A stretch of 54,503 nt of DNA, filler included, from Trypethelium eluteriae (GCA_051942245.1; 3 parts of 3 records of this genome joined end to end with filler, not necessarily neighbours in it); one strand, 5' to 3'; positions 33,621 to 48,962 are shown, counted from the first letter of the whole stretch. Numbers and translations: made by a program. Notes: generated from the letters alone by a model not told the origin.

Positions 33621-36100
33621 TCAAGCATCCGTCTCCATGATCGGTCCCGTGTAAGTCTTCCTTCCGTACAAAAGCCAGAAGACCGCACTGAACAGCAACG
33701 CACTTCCGTATACCAATACGCAATAGTTCATCGTTTCCGGCGTTGGATCTACCGTCGATGGGAAAAACGAAAATATTCCCCCAATAATCGTGAAGGCGAT
33801 GGACAGCACGGTAATGGGGACGCCGAAACGCCCGAGCTTGAACCAGCCCCAGGGGATCTGTGAGGCAGGGACTGTAAGTCGCTTGTGCAGCATTACGGAT
33901 GCCGCGAGCAGGAAAGAGGAATAGTATCCGGCGACGACGAGGGAGATGAAGGCAGTAAAGCCGACGGTGGACCCAATATTGATGAGGGCGAGGAGCAGAC
34001 TAATGACGGTGGTAACACCAATAGCCCAGATAGGGAGCCGAGTTTTTTCGTCGACCTGCAGATTTGTCAGTTAACTATCCTGCAAGGAAGGATACAGCTA
34101 ATGTGAAGTCCGGCTTGGTTGTAACAATGCAGAAGTCAGGAGAATTTGTTGAGAGCTCATGGAACCAGCAAAATCACCCGACTCCATCGTTACGAGATCA
34201 TAGCTCTGAACGTGCAGAGATGCTTACCCTTGAGAGATATTTCGAGAAAGGCAATCCGCCTTCGCGAGCAAAGGCCCAAATCATCCGGCTTGATGTCGCA
34301 ATCATACCTTCAACCATCGTTAGCGCTTTATCTTTGGATGGTGCACAGCCAAATCCAACCTATCGCTCCAAAAATTTGAGTACAGATCAATACAGCTGTA
34401 AGCGCAGTGGCCCCACTGTTTGACTGTGTGGCATATGCATAGATGTTGATGAAGGGGTAGAATGTATCCGAACCGATCGTTGACTGGATGTCATCGGGCT
34501 GACAGAACAAGAGGGCTAAAAGCATAGCAAACCCCATGATTCCATTAAGCATTGTCGAAGTGCCAATTGCGATTGGGATGACTCTCGGCGCGTCGTGGAT
34601 CTCCTCGGCTAGATAAGGGTCAATACATGATAGGATGATTTGTAGTCCAACTTCCTGCGTCCGATGTCTGTGACGTGCGTAACCGCGCTCTTATAAAAGT
34701 TATCAATCGCTGCCGGGCAAGGAGAAGCTCTTGAGACTTGAGCCGAACCCTCCACATTCATTTACCGAAATCTCTATTTCGATCTCTCTTCTAGGATTAA
34801 GACCCTCTACTAAAGGATACTGTAGACATCGGACGCAGGAAGATGGTGAATGGCTTCGGTGTCTAAACTTACCAATATGATCGGCAGCATCGAGACCTAG
34901 CGCTCTGTTAGCTCATGAATGTTTTCCCGAGGAGGCGCCGGGGGGTTCTGGGTTGGCCGTTGGCCCCCTCCCCCCTTCCCTTTCCCCTTTCTTTTTTTTC
35001 AGAGTGTTGAACGTACCAGGAAACTGGAGTGTGTGTTAGTGATAGCTTTGCATTATGTCCGAAGTAGAGTAGCACTCACGCTGTTCGTTACAGTCACCAT
35101 TCCAACCAAAGCGGCAGCGAAATTTGAGCTATACTCGCCAGTATTCAGGAAAGTGCCGAAGACCTCGCTAGCTGACTGGTGCTGGGGGGCGAGATAGACG
35201 ATGGGGATTAGAATGGCGAAAAACCCAAGAATGTGGAAGACCAGCAACAGCGATTCGATCTGCGGAAGCAATCGGCCGAGAATAGTATTAACGAAAAGGC
35301 CGAAGAAGAGCACGGCATAGAATAATAGAGTGCCATGCCAGTTCTCGTATACATAGCTTGGATAATTTAGGATCAGAAGACCTTGGACCAAGGTTCCAGC
35401 GACGTAGCAGGTGGCGGAGACGAGGGCCAGGTACGAAATCACCGAGAGCCATCCAGCGAGATAACTCAAATATTTTCTGCAGTATCGGGGAGCGAGGATG
35501 GCGACCCAATTGAATGGTCCACCTGCCAGCGGAATCCTGAATGGCTCAGTCAGCGCAGACTCCAGCAAGCAAAGAGCGAATGCTCAAAAGCAAGGAAAAA
35601 ATCTACAGGTACGACAAGTCTTCTTTACCGTCACCTGGAACCAGCAGACTTGGTAAGTACTCACATCGAAGCCAATTCGGCCATGACTAGGGTTTGAAGA
35701 ATTGCTCCACCCCACACAAACAAATAAGTATAGATCAAACCGGCTGGGCCGCCGTTTTCTAGCCCATTAAGAAGTGTTCTAATCCGCAAACATTGGTCAG
35801 TCGTGTGTGACCTATGGTATTAACGTTGGGCCTTCACTGACGCTGTGATTGCCTCCCATGTTATCATCAACGTACTTGTGATACCAATTGCTGATATCAG
35901 ACCAAAGCGCCTCTTTGTGGTTAAGGTGTCAGCTTTTGTAAACACCGATTAAAGACAACATGACATACTCGCAATCGCTGCTTTTTTCCAAATCGAGCCA
36001 GAACCGCCTCGTCCCGATCAAGCGATTTTGGTTGACTGGTAACACTAGGCTGCTTGTCCGAGAAACCATTCATGCCGTTGAGCTCCATGTCGTTGTCCAT
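33621..36100 (-). CDS. APC-superfamily choline/amino acid permease (Hnm1-like), ~9 exons including 7-nt and 24-nt microexons
   Basis: Motifs LARFGKKQRLR|RRFG, NGGPAGLIY, AELASM|IPLAGG, S|FPG|LDAADHI|AEEI, SSRMIWAFAREGGLPFS and MNYCVLVYG. Frame is preserved with GT..AG introns. Confidence 0.88.
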
Positions 36101-36390
36101 TTCGAAACCAGTCGAACTTTAGGAAGTAAACTTTGCGCCAGGGTCAGTATACAAGACAGACGATCACCCTCCAGTAGCAGAACGGAAGTCTTTTGGCTAT
36201 CTCAACCCCAACAGCTTTATCACTAAGCCTTTGCGCGATGATATGGAGAATTTGGTCAAGGGAACCCCCAGGTGGTACAAGGAAGGAAAAATTGAAGTTG
36301 AACTTTTTAGCGGAATGAAAGATGCAGAACAGAACGTGGTAAAAGCCACGGGTTGCCAGGGGTCAATAGGCCAGATGGGTAGCGGGGGGG

Positions 36391-36490
36391 NNNNNNNNNN
36401 NNNNNNNNNNNNNNNNNNNNNNNNNNNNNNNNNNTTAATTAATTAANNNNNNNNNNNNNNNNNNNNNNNNNNNNNNNNNNNNNNNNNNNN
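36391..36490. other. Artificial contig-joining spacer N44-TTAATTAATTAA-N44
   Basis: Identical to the spacer at 18239-18338. Confidence 0.97.
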
Positions 36491-37292
36491 GCGCCCGCCA
36501 ACTCCGTACCCCACGATCCACCTCCGCCCGCGTCACCCCGTCCCGCACCAAGCACATGACGACGCCCAGCTTCTCGACCTCGCGGTTGCGGCTCTCGTCG
36601 TCGAAGAACAGCATCTCGGCGTACGGAATGCCCGTCGCAGCGTGCAGGCGCGCGAAATGCGTCATCTTGCTGCCGGGGTAGATCTCGAGGTGGGCGAAAG
36701 TGGAGAGGGCTTTGGGGCTGGGGCTGCTCGTGGTGCTGCTGGTGGTGGGGCTTGAGTGCTTGGATGGTGGTAGTGGTGGTGGAGAGTTAGCTGGAGTGGT
36801 GGTGGTGGTGGGGGTGTCGGAAGTGATAGCGGATGTTGATGGCGAGGCGGGCAGAGGGGAGGAGTCGGCGGCGGGGGAGCATGGGAGTCGGAGGAGGCGC
36901 AGCATCTGCCGGGCGAGATCCGGAGTGTGGGTTCGGGATGCGGCGGCGATGGGGATGCCTTTGGCTTTGGCGGCGTCGAGGATGGAGGTGACGTCTGGGT
37001 AGAAGCCGTAGGAGTCGCCGTAGGCGTCGCTGACGGTCAGACCGTCGGAGCTGGCTTTGAGGGGCGGAGAGACGTGGGTGTCGACCTGGTAACGGTTAGA
37101 ATCTTGATGGCTATAGGGAGGGGAGGAGAGAAAGAGAGATACCCAGAATGGCCAAAGCGTGTAGTCGAGATCGAAGACAAGGAGTTTAGGGAGAGGACCG
37201 CCATCGGTGAAGGTAGATGGCTGGGAAATGGTACCGGATGGTGACGTGGTGGGGGTGGTGGTAGCTTGGTTGAGGTTTTTGGTACGGGGCAT
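36491..37292 (-). CDS. mdp1: Magnesium-dependent phosphatase 1 (MDP-1, HAD superfamily), 3'-truncated at the spacer; intron 37142-37086
   Basis: HAD motif [17 protein letters not shown], motif II AASRT, EIYPGSK and motif [10 protein letters not shown]. Confidence 0.9.
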
Positions 37293-38374
37293 GATCGATA
37301 CGATATCGCGGAAAGTTACGGAGGGTAAGTTTGAAAGATAGAGAAGGAGAAGGAGTAGGCTGGACGTTAAGAAGGATTTACTCAGATTGAAGTTTGCCAC
37401 CTTGTAGGCTTCTGCCCAAGACAGAGACGGCGCCCACAATAGTGAAAATCAGAATGCCAAGGAAAGCCTAAAAGAAGCATTACATTACGAGGAATCTTAG
37501 ACAAAATCTTAGACAAAAAGGCAATAATGCCGCCCTGCTGAACCTTCAAAGAAGAGGGTTTGGCGAGATATACCTAAAGTGCTTGTATTGGGTAGGAATC
37601 CCTAGCCTAGCGGATGCAAAGTTGGCAGAAAATTTGGCCGCACTGACTCCTGCCTCGGGCGTTTCTCAGGACTATTAAACAGACCACTACAGACATATAC
37701 CTTTGTTCAGATTGTTGACTAGTTGATGGCAGGAAACTGTACTAGCGTTAGAGATAGGCATATGGACGGTAAATTTCGACTTGTGCTATATGATTTTTTG
37801 TACCCTACGGTATTTCTCTATTGGAGATCTATATACTTGAGCTCCTCCCTCTGATTCGGTCCTGTTTCCCTACAAAGCGTGAAGGAAAGAGCAGTAGAAC
37901 AAAATGCCAGAGGATATGTGTATAGGAAAAAATTGGGTTGAACGACCAGTTGATGTCTGGGCAAAGACCTCCAAGCGCAGGAGAAAATCATTACATGGTT
38001 CCCAGAGCTCTTCGACCAACCACGCACCATCGCCGAACACGCACAACGATGAGCTTGTCTAGAGGAGGGAGGATCGAACCGAAACAGCGGCGCTACCGGA
38101 AACGAAATAAAACTGGAGGAAGGCAGCAGCCCATCCGTTCTCTCCCGGGCTTGCAAATTTGTGAATAGAAACATATGATGTAATGTGAAGGAGAGCGCTC
38201 ACTTTGCCGAACCATCCTCAGCCTCCCCAATGTTAAATAACCCGGAAATCGACATATGGAAAAATACCCCGAGGACAGAGTTGGTATCGTAACAACGCCA
38301 ATGCCATGCTCGCTGGAATATTTTCGATCATAAGGCCATCCATGGACAAAAAAAAAAAAAAAAGAGATTTCGAC

Positions 38375-41185
38375 TTAGCCGTCTCTTCTGACCGGCCTCC
38401 CCTCGATGTGTTCCACCATATTCCTCTCTCCACCATCACTCCCGCTCTTCCAACTGCACCTCTTTATCTTATCACTCCACCGTTTCACCTTCTTGTCAGA
38501 TGCACGGCAGTAATCTTCAAAACTGGAAATTGCACTATGTCCTTCATTATGCCGTGTATGTCGTCCTAGGACGCGCTCTTCCTTAGAGTGATCAACTTGT
38601 CGACGCGCTCTCCCATCCCCATTGATCCAAAGCGGGAGTAGCACGCCCGCTGCAAAAGCAGCAACGACGATGCAGAAGGAATACTGCGCGCCCCGACTCT
38701 TCGACACCGCATACATGATCGGCGGGAACACCGCACCTCCAGAGATCGCTGCAGTCAAGAGCGCGGACGCATCTTTGGTGCGAGCACCCATACCTCGCAG
38801 ACCGGTGGTGAAGATGAGGGAGAACAGAGGCCCTTCGAAGAGATACACGATAATGATCAGTGCGGCAGGAGTAGCGCCGGAGAAATTCATACACAACGCT
38901 GTGAAGAGGACAGCACCAGCGTAGCAGAAAAGTAATATCCAGCGCGGCTTCATGAAGAAACCCGCGAACGCAGCGAGGAATCGACCGACGGCGAAGGCCG
39001 TGTGACCGATGGCTTGGTGGTTGATGGTATTTAGGCTAGGGTTAACTTGGCTCATGTACGACGAGAAGGAGGTGCTGACGGATTCCTGGCCACCGACGTA
39101 GCAGAATTGGGAGAAGACGGCAAGCGCGAAAGTGATGTATAGGACCTTGACTGTCAAGGGGGATGACCCGGGTCGCCAAAGCTCGAAGGTGGCATCGTTT
39201 GCATAGTCTGACCGTTCCGCGATATCAGCGAGTTCGGCATCGGTAGCCTCGGGAAGTGGGAGATAGTGGTAAGCGAACGCAAGAAGAGCCATGAATAGAG
39301 CGATGCTGAGGTATGTCCACTGTACGTCGATCAAAGAAGGCGCATTGAAGACGTTGCGGAAAAGGACCTTGTTTGCCAGCAGAGGCGCAAAGATGGTGCC
39401 AGTGGCTTGCACCCCTTGCGAGAAATTGAGTCTGATTTCTCCATATTGCTGTGGGCCACAGAGCGCAATGAAGGGATTAGCAGCAATTTCTAAGGTGGAT
39501 AGACCAAGTCCGACGATGAAGTTCGACACAAGAAAGGCGGGAAATGATGTGAGGACTGAAGCCGGCCAGAAAACCAGTGTCCCAATTGCGTAGATGACAA
39601 GTCCAACAGTGTAACAGGCTTTGAAACCCCAGTATCTCAAGACAAGGCGACCAAAGGTCAGTGGAGCAACTAGGTAACCAGCGTAATAAGCACTATGGAG
39701 GCCGACTGTCATGCCCGGCGACATTCTAGCCACCAGTTGGAACTGAGAGTTCAAGACGTCTAAGAGACCATAGGCAAACCCCCAAATCAAGAAGAGGAAG
39801 GTGACCATAAGTACAGGGAACAGAGATTCTTTGTTCGTCATATACACCATGCTCTTCTTACGCTTCATGTTCACAAAATCAAAGAAATTCGGGGTGGCCG
39901 GTGCTGTATACCCGGTTGTATTCGTCATCGCGGTTTCACTTCTCTGAAAGTGGTGGACTTCGGGAAGCTCAGTCATATCAGGCGTCGTCAAGAAGTCCAT
40001 TATGGCCACAGGCTCATCACTTTGCGAAGCAGTCGCATTTGGCGGAGTCCTTCTCGCCTGGATAGATGGAGTCGACACTGAAGGAATGCGTTGGGAAGCC
40101 GTGAAGTCTAAGGCTTCTATCCCAGTAGTTGTTGAGCTCTTCCTGGATGTTTCCCCGGGATCCCGTAATAAATGTGGCAGGAATCTGGAGACCAGAGGTT
40201 TCAAGCCCGGCACGCAACCGCACATGATTCCTAGGTTTACTTCCACGGCCGACCACATGTAAGAAAGAGAGGCATACCACGAAAAATCATCTTCTTCGGA
40301 GTTGCGTGAGGATGATTGGTGCTGCGTAACTTCTGTAAAGCGGGAGAGCGCTGCATTCTCCAAGTACGCAATGCGGACAACATCGATGGCAGCGACAAAG
40401 ATACCGAAGCCAAATGTAACGATGAGGATGATCTTTTGCTTCTTAGGTAGCTGCATTGCGGTCAAGATTGGCATTGGCAGGAACAGAATGGCCAAATCCG
40501 TGCTGATATTTACTGGGGACGAAGACAGATACACTCCTATAATGTCTACGCAATGTGCTGAGGAGGGAGGCGCTGCATCAAAAGCAGCACCGACTGGTCG
40601 ACATTGGAAAACATTTAAAAACGTGAGGGCAATGCCGGCGAGGTTCACCACGAGGAGCGTACCAATCGTGAACCACCGAAAGACCTTTTGAACCTTTGAG
40701 AGTGAAAGGTAAAAGACCAAGATTGACGTCTTTGTGGCCATCAACGCGGGATTCTAAAAGCATGTGAGCCTACGATGATGAAACGACAATGCGACAAAAC
40801 ACTAACATAGATTACAGAAAAGGCATATTCCGACTTCTGTAGTGGTCGTCGCGAGGACTCCGGCACATCGATTTCATGCTTCCCCAGGCCTACAGAAGTT
40901 CCATAGCAGATGGAGAAGGAAAGTCCAAAGGCAAGGATCTGAAGACCCAGAATTAGTAAACAATTCTGTTGACCACCAGGAAGTTCGCTTTGCTTCTTCC
41001 ACACAACGTACCCACGCCAGAACCATAAAATAGTCATCCCAAGATACTCGATGAACAATTCCAATACGCGAGACCATCCGCAGAGACACGAAGACGAAGG
41101 AGCAGGCAACCATCGCCGTCGTGACCGCGAGTACAACATCAGTCCGCGACGCGACTGGACCGGAGTCCAGTGGTCCTCCAGCCAT
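38375..41185 (-). CDS. Fusion protein: N-terminal PTH11-like 7TM domain plus C-terminal FucP-type (L-fucose/glucose-galactose) MFS transporter; 3 exons
   Basis: 7TM part: LRMVSR..SWDDYFMVLAW, GLGKH, NPALMATKTSIL, QCRPV..C, NISTDLAILFLPMP, WSAVEVNLGIMCGCVPGLKPL. FucP part: LFLIWGFAYGLLDVLN, GLSTLEIAANPFI, RLNFSQGVQATG, SQFCYVGGQ, AISGGAVFPP. The 7TM C-half and the whole MFS domain lie in one stop-free frame (38375..40744). Confidence 0.9.
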
Positions 41186-42106
41186 GGTTGCAAAGACAGC
41201 GGTAAAGCTATGGTGGTTTCCCTGTTGTTATCTTCGGAGACATGGTTCGAAGGCGTGACGTAGCAATAGACTTGGAACCCCCCTCAACGCGTCTGCAGGT
41301 TCAGATCCATCGTCGTCCGAGAGCCCCACGACGTCCGCAAGGTGACGGGCAGAGGCGAGGGATATAAGTTTGGGGAAGCACTAAGAGCGGAGTGCGAAAA
41401 AGGTTGGGGTAGAAAGAGCTTGCAGCCCGACACGCCATCCATCATGGTGGATGGTTGTGCCGTCCCTCGTGGGCACCGCGCGGGTGGCGTGCAAGTGGAG
41501 ACTCAAACGAGGTGCTTGAGGGTCTCTCTCGGCCGCTGGAGGGATCTTCCTGGGCCTCACCCATCTGTGCTGGGTGGACTCGAGCCCCTTGGCGATGACG
41601 AAAGGGTATCATCCGGAGTCGTCCCCGGCGCCGGTAACCCGGTTGTCCCAAACGTGGAGCAGAAACCCCGCGGGATCCAGCCATCCGATTGGTTCGGAGC
41701 TGATGCTTCTATGCTCAATATGTGCTAGATTGGGAGTGGCTGTCCTCAACAGCGATATCCCTGCGAAACTCAATTGAGTCCGTAAGCAGAATCACCGATA
41801 AATATTGAAATTGGAGATCTGCACGGGAACGATCCTTTCTTCGGATGCTTACCGAAATGAGAGGCTGGATGTGATAAAATTAATACTCGAAACCATTTAT
41901 TGAAACAGTAGTAAGTGCTCATCATTCGATTGGAGATGGATCGATTCTTGTTTTGGGGTTTAAAATCTGGAGCTACTTCTGTTCGCCGCATCGCTATTAG
42001 ACACTAGTAAACCAGATCACACGCCCTCAAATGCTTGCAATTTGCCAAACAATTATGCACAGATGCCAATCACTTCCTACTCAACTAAGAGAGAAAACCG
42101 TGGCTT

Positions 42107-43001
42107 TCAAAACAAGCCAAAGATGCCAAGGACAATGGCCAAAGCGCTTCCAGCTGGAACCACCAGAGCATCAGCAGCGGCACTTGAAGATGTCATAGCA
42201 GTACCAGAGGCTGAGCTGGAAGCGCTTGAAGAGCCGCTGGAGCCAGCGCTAGTCGCTGTGGCGGACGTAGAGCCAGACGAGGTAGAGTTGCCAGTAGCTG
42301 ACGCCGCATGGGTAGAAGTCGAGGCAAACCTAACAATTTTCAAGTCAGAATTTCTTGCTTTCCATAACTCGTGACCATCCTCTTCCAATCTGCTCGACGC
42401 AGACAAAGATGTGTGGAAACATGCGATTGTTGATGGCTGAGATTACTTACTGGCTTGCAGCTTGGCAGTACTGCTGCACCTGCTGCTGGACCTGCATGAT
42501 CTGTAAGCAAAGAGCATCGATCGTGCATGAACCGCAAAACTCACCGAAACGCCTGCCTGGTCACCTGGGCAGTTGTTGTAGCATCTGTAGATCCATGTCA
42601 GACCTCATCTAAAAATTACACACGCGCCTGGGATGAGGCGTAGAGGACAAGGCGGTGGAGTACGTACGTCTGAAGGTTCTGGGCGTTTGTGCACCTGGCA
42701 TCATCATTAGCAAGAGTCTCGGAGCTTTGGCCAAGGTATACTCAACGTACAAGCAGCTCCAGTCGTTTCCGGCACACGCGTTCAGTCGTGGCTGGAACTG
42801 GCTAACGCAAACGTCGAGAGTGCTGGGATATGTTAGCAAAGAGGGCCCCAGAGGCTCAGCGAGACTCAAAATGCAAGCCACGCATGGATGTACGTACGTC
42901 TGAGCCGCACACGAAGAGGATCCAGAAGACGCGCTCGAGGTCGTGGTCTGAGCGGCGGCGAAGCCAGCAGTAGCAAGGATCAGAGCGGTTGAGAAATGCA
43001 T
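42107..43001 (-). CDS. GPI-anchored Ser/Thr-rich cell-surface protein with an 8-Cys (CFEM-like) N-terminal domain, ~6 exons
   Basis: Signal MHFSTALILATAGFAAAQ. Spliced Cys pattern CAAQTTLDVC..NACAGNDWSCLCTNAQNLQTCYNNCPGD..QQYC. S/T stalk followed by hydrophobic tail AADALVVPAGSALAIVLGIFGLF. Confidence 0.82.
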
Positions 43002-44080
43002 TTTGATTAAGATGTGTATGATAAACAGCTTGCTTGGAAACGGGTAGAAATTCTGTATAGGTAGAATGCTTTGCTTAAGATCAAGAATTCGGTGAATGAA
43101 AAGTCCCAGAACGAGTGATGGGCGCTTGATAAAGGATGGATGTTTGGATGTTGGGCAAAAAGGAGAATTTTAAGGGAGGCGCCATATATATGAGGCAGGC
43201 GAACCCCAGATTGAGCCCAGACCCTGCTTCTCGATCTGGCGGAGCGAAACATGAGCTAGACCTGCTTAGAGTAAAGCGTCATGAACATCGTGTTTTTGAA
43301 TCCCTTCATTGGCTTTTGCTGCACTGTGCTACCCAGCTCCGGTATGGTCTCCCGATCAAGGCGGAGACTTCTTACGGTTCCCCCCTCCATAACCCGTTCG
43401 TGCCGTGACCTGCAGAATGTATAAGCCCGACGCGCGTCTTGGTTGGAGAGGGATGGGAGCAATGATAATTCTGTTCGGCGGTCTACGGGTTGCAATGCCT
43501 CATTTGCCGCTTGTTTATCTTTTGGGAAACTTTGAGTTGGGTGCGCTGGCGTGGCTGGGCCGGAGCGTTTTCATTGTTGAGACACGTTGATCGACTGATA
43601 CTCCGTAATGTGGGAATGAATCGTGCATCTTCAGAGTGATTACCTAGTTGTTTGTTTCGGCTGTAAGAATTCGGCTCCAATAGAACAATGAAAACATGAA
43701 CAGAGCTCCCTGCTGACCATCCCCAGATAGAGCTCAGCATTGGAGCACCCTCCTAATGTTCCGACGCTGATCTCTGCTTTTTCCAATAGTCACATCCGAC
43801 ACGCCCAATAAGTGACCCGCAAGCTGTCGTCAACCGCAAGCACTTCCCGATTGCATGCCACACTCGAGACTCTGCAAGTTGTTGGAAATGAGAACATTCT
43901 TGGCCAGTGCGACTACTGCTGGACTCGATTCTGTTGCTCGCATCCCTATGTATTCATGCCAAGTGTATGTAATACAGCAAGTGAAAGCGCCATTTACCGT
44001 AGAAACCTTCGCCTGCCGCCCACTGATCCCACTTAGCCCTGTGCCGACTTGGACCGTTGATTGGTTCAGTCGCTTATCGT

Positions 44081-47006
<2,926 letters not shown>

Positions 47007-47975
47007 AGCTGCAAAGTGCACGTCGCTCGCAAAAGGTACGTCTCTTCAGGATAGGACACTTGGAATTAGGAGGAAAGCTACGCTTGGGCTGGAAAGTCAG
47101 ATGCCAGTAAACGCAAAGTCGTCACGAAGCTTTGTTATCCAGCCCGCCGCGGGGGGGCTGTGCACATCCAGGCGGCGGCTAACGCTCTGGTGCAGGGATC
47201 CAAATGGTGCCGAATGAGATGCAATATCACCAAGCAGAAACGAACGATGCTTCAAAACGAAGACGATATGTTAAAAGGCTAGATTGGAAAGGTACGGGCG
47301 TTGTTGGAGGTCGAGGGCTGAAGTCACTGAGAGCCCCGCGCGAGAAGCGGCCTAGGTGAGACATCCACTTGCCCAGCGACGTCTACATATTAACAACACT
47401 TTGCACCGTCCGTACCTGCTTGCACAAGGCGTCACTCTTACGCTCGGTTCACCCATGTGAGAGGTCACCGACACTCGCTTTCGCCCATTTTGCTCTTCTG
47501 CGGAAGAGCCTACCATTGCCACAGGACTTATTTCCTTGGCTCTTCTCTGGAGCTAGTCAACAGAAAGAGATTGATAGCGAGAGTAGGAGCCCATGCCTTG
47601 AGCAATCATTGGATTCCATTACTACCTACCGTACCTAGCTTTGAAAGATAGGGTTCCTTCCAATCTAGTCCGCGATAGTGGAAAGCGGCGATTTTGTACG
47701 CCCAAACTATAGAGTCTGCCAGTTCAAGTAACAACATGAAGACGGCTTTGCACATGTCGACGATTTTGAGACCAGTGCAAGCTAATAGCCGTTCCATTGA
47801 TTCCATTTGAGGATTCGAGTCTACTGTTCTCCTGTCTTACCTTCCCCTCCCACCTCAGAATTGAATTATATAATACATCACAACCTCGAAGGGAATCTCG
47901 CCACTCGCCTCGAACACCTCGTGAAAAAGTTCAGTTGCTGATCGATGGAGGGCTCTCTGAAGGCGATCTCATCCG

Positions 47976-48962
47976 CTAGTAGGGCGCATATCCTCCGCGA
48001 CCGCGTCCACGATAACCGCCACGATACCTGTATGGAGTGTTAGCCATTGCTAAAAATTGAAAGCGAATGGAACATGATATCACGATGCACTCACCCTCCA
48101 CGAGGTGGATATGATGGAGCTCCATAGCCAAATCCTCCGCCACGACCGCCGTAAGGAGAGCCGTAGCCACCACGACCACCTCTAGGCGCACCGCGTCCAC
48201 CCCCGCGACCACCCCGCGTCATGCCTGGCAGATTCGTGCGCTTAGGAACTACCTGAAGTGTATGTTAGTCATGAAAAAGGGAGGATTGAACTGGGATCGA
48301 TCCACCTTGAGGTTGCGACCTCGAAAGACACTCTCGTTAAGAACGAGGGCTTGAGCAACGAGACTTGGTTCTGTGAACTCCACATACGCATACCTGCATA
48401 CGCCCGATTAGCGTTCCGTCTCTTACTGCCAAACTCTTGCCAGGTAGCGAAGGTTTTTCAACAGTAGAGGCATGCTACAAATGAACAATGACTCCAACTC
48501 TTAAATACTGACCCCTTTGGATGCCCAGTAAACTTATCCAGCAGTATCGTCACTCGGTTGATGGAACCACAGCTCTGGAAGTGAGCCTGAATCTCCTCCG
48601 GCGACGCGCCGTAATCAACGTTGCCCACAAATATGCTCCGCGCATCCACATCTTCTTTGTTCTCACGTAGATCGTTTGACTGCTGGTCAAGGCTCGCCTG
48701 CATTTCGCGCAATTTCGCTGCTTCTGCCTCCATCTCTTCGACGCGCTTCTTCATTGCTGAAATTTCCTCCTGCGAAGAAGAAGTGTCAGTGTCGGTGGCA
48801 GAGAAGGTAGAAGTGAAGTAAAGTAGCAGAGGGGCGGGTTCGGTGACAGTCACACACCGAAGGTGTGAGCTGCGCACCTGGGATTAGTCATACTTCATCA
48901 TGGTTCTCTTCGTCCTGAATGTCCAGATTGTCGTCCGGGTGACGGACCTCCGTCTCTGCCAT
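47976..48962 (-). CDS. pab2: Nuclear poly(A)-binding protein Pab2/PABPN1 (RRM plus RGG tail), multi-exon
   Basis: [24 protein letters not shown] coiled coil, RRM ([26 protein letters not shown]), KRTNLPGM and RGG tail ending GYAPY. Confidence 0.93.

Noticed and set aside
37493..37518. 12-bp direct duplication AATCTTAGACAA x2 (similarly GAGGCCGGTA x2 near 140-160)
   Set aside because: Only two copies, with no spacers or element ends. These look like ordinary slippage duplications, not CRISPR or transposon features.
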